From assembly GCA_014799645.1 (NCBI GenBank), contig JAAVHQ010000025.1, forward strand, positions 94,388 to 134,763: a stretch of DNA of 40,376 bases, given 5' to 3'. The DNA is from Clostridiales bacterium. Its GTDB lineage: Bacteria > Bacillota > Clostridia > Christensenellales > UBA3700. This document shows, piece by piece, positions 26,532-34,200 of this stretch (its first letter is position 1; every line of letters begins with the position of its first letter). The position numbers and the translations under genes are program-made. The notes under the pieces are model-generated. The model searched no databases and was not told the origin of the DNA. It saw only the letters and a program-made list of their open reading frames with translations.

Positions 26532-26588
26532 ATTCCGTAACTTCTTCACTTTTCACTATTACTTCTTACTTAACGAAAATACGTCGAC

Positions 26589-28442
26589 TCAACGTCTTTT
26601 TGTTCTCGCTACGCTCTCTTCCCAACCGAGCAAGAGATTGTATCTCTTTTCCTCGTCCATTTGCGGATTGAACGAAGTGCCTTCGCTTATCTCGTTTTTG
26701 AGTTCCTCAACGTCGCTCCATACTCCCGCTTTCAAACCTGCTAAATAACACACGCCGAGCGCGGTCGTTTCTATGACAAGCGGACGCTTGACTTCCGCTT
26801 TAAGTATATCGGCTTGGAATTGCATTAGGATATTCGATACGCTTGCTCCGCCATCGACTGCGAGCGAAGAAATCTTGTAGCCAATATCGCTCTCCATAGC
26901 GTGTACTACGTCAAAGACTTGATACGCGATAGATTCGAGCGCGGCGCGGACAAAATGCTCTTTTTTCGTGCCTCTCGTCAAGCCGGTAATCGTACCTCTT
27001 GCCTTAGCGTCCCAGTGGGGCGCGCCAAGTCCTACGAATGCAGGAACGATATACACGCCGTTGGTGTCCGCAACACTTTCGGAAAGTACGTCCGCTTCTT
27101 TCGCCGACTTTATCAAGCCGAGTTCATCTCTAAGCCATTGCAATACCGCTCCGCCGACGAATACGCTTCCCTCCAACACGTATTGCGGTCTGCCGTCTTC
27201 CATACTTGCGCCGAGCGTGGTAATCAATCCGCGCTTTGACGCGACAAATTCATTGCCCGTATTCATAAGCGTAAAGCAACCCGTACCGTAGGTATTTTTG
27301 ACGCTGCCTTTCTCCGTGCAAAGGTGTCCGAAAAGCGCCGACTGTTGGTCGCCCGCAACGCCGCAAATAGGTATCTCTTTGCCCACTACGCTCGCGTCGC
27401 ACTTGCCGAAATCATAACTCGACGGATAGACTTGCGGCAACATTATTTCGGGGATATTGTAAATCGCGAGCAACTCTTTGTCCCACTCCAAAGTCTTGAT
27501 ATTGTACATCATAGTACGCGACGCGTTGGTGTAATCGGTGGCGTGAATTTTACCGTCCGATAGTTTCCACATAAGATACGTGTCCACCGTGCCGAAAAGC
27601 AACTCGCCTTTCTCCGCTCTCGCTCTCGCGCCCTCGACGTTGTCCAAAATCCATTTGAGTTTTGTCGCCGAGAAGTACGCGTCCACCGTCAATCCTGTCT
27701 TGTCGAAAATCTTTTCGTCAAGCCCTTGAGCTTTGAGAAAGTCGCAATATTCCGCGGTACGTCTGCACTGCCATACGATTGCGTTGTAGACAGGTTTTCC
27801 CGTCTCTTTATCCCACACGATTGTGGTTTCACGCTGATTGGTTATTCCGATTGCGGTAACGCTGCTGAGCGAAATTCTGCTCTTTGCCACCGCTTGTTTG
27901 AGCACTTCGAGTTGCGTATTCCAAATCTCTTCGGGGTCGTGTTCTACCCAACCTGCTTTGGGATAAATTTGCTTAAATTCTTTTTGCGCCGAACCTACTA
28001 TATTTCCTCTCTTGTCAAAGACGATTGCCCTTGACGACGTAGTGCCTTGGTCAAGCGAAATGATATACTTCGCGGGTATCTTTTTGGGCACGTCTTTTGT
28101 CGCCACAAAGTCCACTCCAAGACCCAACACGTTGGGGACGATTACTTGACCCGTTTCGACAGGCGCGTTCACCGTCAAGCCGTCGAGAAGCGCGAGCGCG
28201 TCGAATATCTTGTCTTTGGGAATACTATCTGAAGTCTTTACGCTGACCATACGGATAGTACCGCCCTCGACCCTAGCCACGGACGTGACCATACGCTTTG
28301 GACATACGACTTCGTCTTTGGCGTATTTTGCACCTCTTGGGCAAGTATTTCCGCTGACTTTGATATCGTTCAAATCGCTATCGTCTACTTTGAGCCTACA
28401 CCCCATAGGACAGCATATACAAATCAATTCTTTCATACTCAT
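26589..28442 (-). CDS. glpK: glycerol kinase with an N-terminal DUF1667 (Cys-rich) domain fusion
   Basis: 617 aa.
- aa 1-~120 ([15 protein letters not shown]...[15 protein letters not shown]...[15 protein letters not shown]) match the DUF1667 pattern.
- From aa ~124, [24 protein letters not shown]...[11 protein letters not shown] and the rest are full-length GlpK.
- The ATGA overlap with the upstream gene is at 28439..28442. Confidence 0.9.
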   Translation of the reverse strand: MSMKELICICCPMGCRLKVDDSDLNDIKVSGNTCPRGAKYAKDEVVCPKRMVTSVARVEGGTIRMVSVKTSDSIPKDKIFDALALLDGLTVNAPVETGQVIVPNVLGLGVDFVATKDVPKKIPAKYIISLDQGTTSSRAIVFDKRGNIVGSAQKEFKQIYPKAGWVEHDPEEIWNTQLEVLKQAVAKSRISLSSVTAIGITNQRETTIVWDKETGKPVYNAIVWQCRRTAEYCDFLKAQGLDEKIFDKTGLTVDAYFSATKLKWILDNVEGARARAEKGELLFGTVDTYLMWKLSDGKIHATDYTNASRTMMYNIKTLEWDKELLAIYNIPEIMLPQVYPSSYDFGKCDASVVGKEIPICGVAGDQQSALFGHLCTEKGSVKNTYGTGCFTLMNTGNEFVASKRGLITTLGASMEDGRPQYVLEGSVFVGGAVLQWLRDELGLIKSAKEADVLSESVADTNGVYIVPAFVGLGAPHWDAKARGTITGLTRGTKKEHFVRAALESIAYQVFDVVHAMESDIGYKISSLAVDGGASVSNILMQFQADILKAEVKRPLVIETTALGVCYLAGLKAGVWSDVEELKNEISEGTSFNPQMDEEKRYNLLLGWEESVARTKRR

Positions 28443-29698
28443 TCCCCCTTGAGCGCAACAATCATTTGCTCGCCTTTGATTACCTTTTCAATTTGCTCTC
28501 TATTCAAGATTACCGTCTCCATTTCGCCCGGCGTGACGATTTGTTTCTTCTTGGAATAAATCTCTTCATCGCCCGCCATTACGACAAGTCGCACGTTTTT
28601 ATGCACGTTGCCTACGCGCATTTTCAACTGCAATTTATCTAAAGCGCAAGTCTTGGAAATGCGTTGCGGTACGACGTATCTCACGCCGTCCATACCCACG
28701 ACTTGGACGTAATCTCTCACTACTTTGCCGCTCTTGATATACTCCGCCGCGCTCTTGCCCGCGTCCTCGCTCTCTTTGCTGACAAAGTCAACGAGATCGT
28801 GTACGTGCAAGACGTTTCCGCACTCGAAAATACCGTCGACAGACGTCATCATATTTTCGTCTACAACCGCGCCGTTCGTTATCGGCGAAACGCTCACTTG
28901 CGCGCCGACTGCAAGTTCGTTTTGAGGTATAAGACCTATACTCAAAAGAAGCGTGTCGCAAGGTATCTCTTGCGCCGTCGACATTATCGGTTGAAGCTTG
29001 CTGTCCACCTCTGCGATGACTACGCTCGATACTCTGCCCTCGCCCTTAATATCGACTACGGTATGCGAAAACAAAAGCGGAATATCAAAGTCTTTTACGC
29101 ACTGCACGATGTTTCTGTTAAGTCCCGACGAAAACGGCATAAGTTCGACAACCGCCTTGACTTTTGCGCCCTCGAAGGTCATACGTCTTGCCATAATCAG
29201 ACCTATATCGCCGCTGCCAAGAATAACGACTTCTTTGCCCGGCATATATCCGTCAATGTTGATGAGTTTTTGCGCCGTACCTGCCGAGAAAATGCCCGCG
29301 CATCTGCTACCTGCGACGTTGATACCGCCTCTCGGACGTTCTCTGCAACCGCACGCGAAAATGACTGCTTTCGCTTGAATTTTCATCAAGCCGTCGTACT
29401 CGTTGACCGCGGTCACGACTTTCTCATTACTTACTTTGAGTACTGTTGTTTCGAGTTTGTATTCAATACCTCTTTTGATTACTTCGTCGATATATCTTTT
29501 TGCATATTCAGGACCTGTCAATTCTTCCTTGAAAGTATGCAGTCCGAAGCCGTTGTGAATACACTGATTGAGTATTCCGCCAAGTACGTTTTCACGCTCT
29601 AAGATAAGTATATCGCGCTCGCCGTTGTCGTACGCGCTCTTTGCCGCTGCAAGTCCTGCCGGTCCTCCGCCTATAATTACAAGATTTTTCTCTATCAT
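28439..29698 (-). CDS. FAD/NAD(P)-dependent pyridine-nucleotide-disulfide-type oxidoreductase (second subunit of the DUF1667-associated glycerol-3-phosphate oxidoreductase set)
   Basis: 419 aa. First dinucleotide fold [14 protein letters not shown]. Second dinucleotide fold [14 protein letters not shown]. Confidence 0.8.
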   Translation of the reverse strand: MIEKNLVIIGGGPAGLAAAKSAYDNGERDILILERENVLGGILNQCIHNGFGLHTFKEELTGPEYAKRYIDEVIKRGIEYKLETTVLKVSNEKVVTAVNEYDGLMKIQAKAVIFACGCRERPRGGINVAGSRCAGIFSAGTAQKLINIDGYMPGKEVVILGSGDIGLIMARRMTFEGAKVKAVVELMPFSSGLNRNIVQCVKDFDIPLLFSHTVVDIKGEGRVSSVVIAEVDSKLQPIMSTAQEIPCDTLLLSIGLIPQNELAVGAQVSVSPITNGAVVDENMMTSVDGIFECGNVLHVHDLVDFVSKESEDAGKSAAEYIKSGKVVRDYVQVVGMDGVRYVVPQRISKTCALDKLQLKMRVGNVHKNVRLVVMAGDEEIYSKKKQIVTPGEMETVILNREQIEKVIKGEQMIVALKGE

Positions 29699-29701
29699 AA
29701 T

Positions 29702-31144
29702 TTACCCCTCAACCTTGCCGTTTTTGGCTTTGCCTATTACGATTTTGCCGCCTTGCGATTTGAGTACGTCCTCAAAAGGAATACCCAACTCCCTCGCGAG
29801 AATTTCCATTACGCTTTCCATACAAAAACCGCTTTGACACTTGCCCATTCCTGCGCGTGTACGCCTCTTCACGCCGTCCACGTCCTTTGCTCCGACGGGT
29901 CGGTTTATCGAGTCGACAATCTCGCCTTCGGTGACTACTTCGCATCTGCAAACTACCTTGCCGTAAAGCGGATTTTTTGCGATAAGTTTTTGCCTTTCGG
30001 TATCGCTCATTGTAGCAAAATGCGGTATGCCCTTTCTCGTCGCGATAAAGTCGGTTTTTCTATCCAGCGCAAGAATGTGCGCCACGTCTTCGGCGACGTA
30101 TACCGCTATCGCGGGAGCGGAAGTCAACCCCGGCGATTCTATACCCGCGACGTTGTAGAAACCTCTCTTGTCGCTCATACCGATTATAAAATCTCCGCTT
30201 GTCGAGTGCGCTCTCGTGCCGCTGAATTGAGTAATGACGTACTTTTTGTTGAGCGACGGAACGCTGAAAAGCGACTTTTCCCATACTTCTTTCAATCCGT
30301 CGAAAGAGGTGTTTATATCGTCCTTGCTGTCGACGTCGTTTGCCGTCGGTCCTGTGATAAGATTGCCGTGCGTGGTCGGCGCAACCAAAATGCCCTTGCC
30401 CATCTTGCTCGGCATTTGGAATATTGTCCTTTGCGCCAAATATCCGCAAGTCTTGTCGTATAGCATATACTCGCCTTTTCGCGGTATTATCTCTATCTTT
30501 TTATCGCTTACCATATTGTTGAGATCGTCGGCGTGTACGCCCGCGCAGTTGATGACCATATCCGCCTCGTATACCGCGCCGTCTTGCGTCTCAACTTGCC
30601 ATATCTTACCCTTTTTGGCAATCTTGGTGACTTTCTTTTCAAAGAGGAATTTTACGCCGTTGGCGGCTGCGTTCTCCGCGTAGGCAATCGCCATTTCGTA
30701 AGGACTTACGATACCCGAAGTCTTTGCCCAAAGCGCGGCGACAACTTCCTTGCTGACGTGAGGCTCAATCTCCCTGACCTGATCGCCGGTAAGCGTCTGC
30801 AATTCTTCAACGCCGTTGGCTACGCCTCTTTGATACAAATCGTACAAATTGGGCAAGTCTTCCTCGCTAAAGCACAGCACGAGCGCGCCGTTGCGCTTGA
30901 ACGGGAAATCCAACTCTTTGGCAAGTTTGTCAAACATTGCGTTGCCAAGCAGATTAAATTTTGCTTTTTTTGTATTAGGTTTTGCGTCGAAACCTGCGTG
31001 TACTATACCCGAATTTGCTTTCGTTGTACCGCAACTGACGTCGTTGAACTTTTCCAAAACGGTAATTTCCGCGCCATAACGGCTAAGTTCTCTTGCCACA
31101 CTGCAACCGACGATACCTGCGCCGATTATTAAAACTTTTCTCAT
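29702..31144 (-). CDS. FAD-dependent glycerol-3-phosphate dehydrogenase/oxidase-like protein with C-terminal BFD-like [2Fe-2S] domain
   Basis: 480 aa. DAO-type N-terminus VLIIGAGIVGCSVARELS. C-terminal Cys cluster VVCRCEVVTEGEI...RRTRAGMGKCQSGFC. First gene of the glycerol operon. Confidence 0.85.
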   Translation of the reverse strand: MRKVLIIGAGIVGCSVARELSRYGAEITVLEKFNDVSCGTTKANSGIVHAGFDAKPNTKKAKFNLLGNAMFDKLAKELDFPFKRNGALVLCFSEEDLPNLYDLYQRGVANGVEELQTLTGDQVREIEPHVSKEVVAALWAKTSGIVSPYEMAIAYAENAAANGVKFLFEKKVTKIAKKGKIWQVETQDGAVYEADMVINCAGVHADDLNNMVSDKKIEIIPRKGEYMLYDKTCGYLAQRTIFQMPSKMGKGILVAPTTHGNLITGPTANDVDSKDDINTSFDGLKEVWEKSLFSVPSLNKKYVITQFSGTRAHSTSGDFIIGMSDKRGFYNVAGIESPGLTSAPAIAVYVAEDVAHILALDRKTDFIATRKGIPHFATMSDTERQKLIAKNPLYGKVVCRCEVVTEGEIVDSINRPVGAKDVDGVKRRTRAGMGKCQSGFCMESVMEILARELGIPFEDVLKSQGGKIVIGKAKNGKVEG

Positions 31145-31188
31145 AAGCCCTCTTTTAACTAAAAAGTAAATACCTTTTTACTTATAAA

Positions 31189-31217
31189 AGTATATCACAA
31201 GGCTTAAAGGATTTCAA
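31189..31217 (-). promoter_or_regulatory. promoter of the glycerol operon
   Basis: Minus strand TTGAAA (31217..31212), 17 nt ending in TGA (extended -10), TATACT (31194..31189). RBS AAGAGGG precedes the ATG at 31144. Confidence 0.55.
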
Positions 31218-31230
31218 TACCTAAATAAAT

Positions 31231-31270
31231 ATTTATAAAATATAACCTTGCTAGTGTTGCTAGCAAGGTT
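31231..31270 (-). terminator. probable terminator of the 1839-aa gene
   Basis: 11-bp stem AACCTTGCTAG / CTAGCAAGGTT (31244..31254 and 31260..31270), 25 nt after the stop. On the minus strand it is followed by ATATTTTATAAAT. Confidence 0.6.
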
Positions 31271-31295
31271 TGATGAAAATTTGTCACGAGTGCAA

Positions 31296-34200
31296 TTACT
31301 TACGCTTCATAGCGCGCTGCTCTCGCAAATACTCATTATAACGCTCAATTTGGTCTTCTCTCAAATCCACCATATTTTTAGCAGTTGCGAGAGCCTGCGC
31401 GTCATTAACAACAACTTCGCTTTCTTTGACTTTAACTTTAGTTCCGTCGCTGCCTGCATTACGGCGAATGTCTTTGAAGTATTCGTCTTCCATTTTGAAT
31501 AGCGCAACCGTCGTGTTTTTCTTAATTGTCAACTTGACGAGCGGATTGACGGTAGATTGACCTAGTACTATGAAGTAAGTGGACTTCTTCTCTTTGCACT
31601 TGTCTTTGCTCATTGCGTAGGCTTTTAGCGTATCGAATATCTTCTTTTGCTTGTCGGAAAGTTTCGCATACGCCTCGTCAAGCGTAAGTCTTCGCGCGGG
31701 CGCTTTCGCCTTTGGCGCAGGTTTCTCAATCGGCATAGGAACGACTTTCTCTACCTCGACGATTTTCTCTACGGGTACTTCTACTCGCACTTCCTTTTCG
31801 ACAATCTTCTCGACAGGCTTTTCGATTATGATTTTTTCCGCAGGTTGTTGAACCAACGTCGGTTGTGGCATATACGGCATTACGACTTGCTTATCATTGT
31901 TTCTGCCTGACATCTCCATAATTTGTCGCATCAACATCTCTTGATTGCGCATCAGCATTTCGATTTTTTCGTCTTTGCTGTCCTTTTCCACTAACTTGAC
32001 AAGTTGCTTATCTTCGTCCTGTCGCGAAAGTTTTTCCATAATCGCCTTTTGTCCTTCGAGTAGGCTCTTTATTACCTCGTCGTTGGCATTAGTCGACGCG
32101 ACTTCTCTTTCCGCTTGTTTCTCGACTTCTTGTTGCTTGGACAGTTTCTCGACCAACTTCTCTATCGCCTTTTCATTGCTCTCGGTAAGTTGCTTTATTC
32201 TATCCTCATTTTCCTCGTTGAGTTGCTTAATGCGCTTTTCGTTTTCCTCATTCTGCTCTTCGAGTTTGCGCATAATATCTTCGTTGCTCGACGCTTCTTG
32301 CGGTAGATATTGCGTTACGCTCGGAAGCATTGCGCTCATCGCGTCGTTGAGCATAAGTCGCATTTCGTCCGCGCTTACGCCTTGCTGATACGCAAAGCCT
32401 TGTCCGTTTGCATTTCCGCCCATCATTCCCATGAGCATCATTTGCATTTGCTTGTTTTCGGCTTCCTTTTGGTTTTTCGCGTACTCGTCTTTTGCGTCTT
32501 CCAAAGCGCGTAGAGATTTCTTGTATCCGCTCTTCTCTAAAAGCATAAAGATAAACGCTAATACCGCAACTCCCATAAGTATGCAAGCGATTATTGTCCA
32601 GTTGGTCATAGTAATGCCAAACAAGCCAACTGCGTACGCGCTATATTTGCTATCCATCACACGCTTGTTTTCTTTCTTCTTGCTTGCATAACCTAAGCCT
32701 TTTGCCATAAACGCAACAATTAAGATTATGCTTATTGCACTTGCTATTACTTGCCACCACTGTTTGAGCGCTTCGGTTATCTTATCAAAATTAAAGTTGC
32801 CGCCCTCGTTGTCTCCATTTCCGTTCGGGTTGCTCGGATCTGTACCATCTTCGCCCGGATAGAACGGATTGTTCGGGTCGTCCGGGTCATATATTTGCTC
32901 GTTCGCGCTGACCGTGAATTCTTGCCATTCGGTCTCTGTAGTGCCGTCTGCGAAGACGTAATTGTTCTTGTCTGTAATTACCGCTCTGACCTTGTAGCTA
33001 TTTCCGGCTTTCAGGTCGCTGAACTGCAACGGATTGTCGTCCATATCAGCATACTCGTGCTTTATGCCTTGCATTTCTTTTGCAGTCACGCCCAACGACG
33101 GCGGATTATGGCTTGTATTCCATTTACTGCTATCTATTTGCATTTGCGCGATAGAATATTCAATAATCGCTACGTCGCTTTCTACGTTGTCGCCCGCTAA
33201 GTAATATCCGCTTACGCTATCTTTTATCTTTATCTCTACTCTATAATCGCCTACGTTGGTTGGCGCGCTTGCAAGTGGCGTCGTTCCGTTCTTATCGTAA
33301 TACGTTATTTCAAATATATCCGCGCTTGCAGAGCCTTTATCAAATATTATCTCTACAGGTTGAGCGTTGCCATTGTACGTCAACTCTTTATTGATACTTA
33401 TTTGCAATTCTTCCGCATACGTTCCCACTCCGAAGGCTATCGAATACTCGCTTCCCGACAACTCGTATTTATCTCCGTTGTCAGACGTAAATACCGCTTG
33501 CGCTACGTAGGTCTTTACCTTATTTTCTTCTATCTCTATTTTCGTTATATAAGGCGTAGTTTCAGTTATCTCGCTTGCAGAATTTACCTCGTAATATCTA
33601 TACGTAATTATATTAGACGGATATCCGCTCATATTCAATACTCTTGCCGTATACTCTACGCCATTATCGTCCGTCCTCTTTTCCGTTGTCCAATTAGCAT
33701 TTATCACGGCTTTGACTACTTCCCAATCCAACGTCCATTCGTCAAAAGTACCCTCGTAGGAATCTGCGTCTCCTTGAACAGGCTTATAGTAATTGATATC
33801 ATAACCGCTTGCGAGTTCAAAGTATACTTCTTCGCTGCCCGTTTGTCCTACGTACGTGCCTTTTATTGTCTCATACGTATACCTTGCTATAAGTCCTTCT
33901 GGCAACTTGCTTTCGTCCAATACTGCGCTTATTCCGCCCACAGTGTATGGCAACATTCCGTCGGGATATTGCCACTTGACGTTTGTCAAGTTAAACTTCG
34001 TCTTGTCTATCGTCCATTCTATGGAATATATATCGTTGCCAAGTTTGATTGACGTCTTGTACGTTCCCGCGTCTTTGCCTAGTACGTTTCCGTCACCGCT
34101 TATCTTCTCGACTAAATATCCGTTTGAACCATAGTTGGTGTCCAATGTATATCCGTTCGGCAAATCTACTTGGAATGCAAACTGTTCTCCGCTATATACA

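Noticed and set aside
26185-26671. Small ORFs 26185..26469 (-) and 26396..26671 (+) around the end of the 87-aa gene and the glycerol-operon terminator.
   Set aside because: They overlap better-supported features (the 87-aa ORF, the terminator hairpin and the glpK 3' end). They lack RBSs.
28664-31132. Plus-strand ORFs of 126-312 aa opposite the glycerol-operon genes (28664..29602, 29753..30463, 30533..31132, others).
   Set aside because: They are mostly codon-aligned antisense frames of well-supported FAD-enzyme genes, with no independent coding signals.
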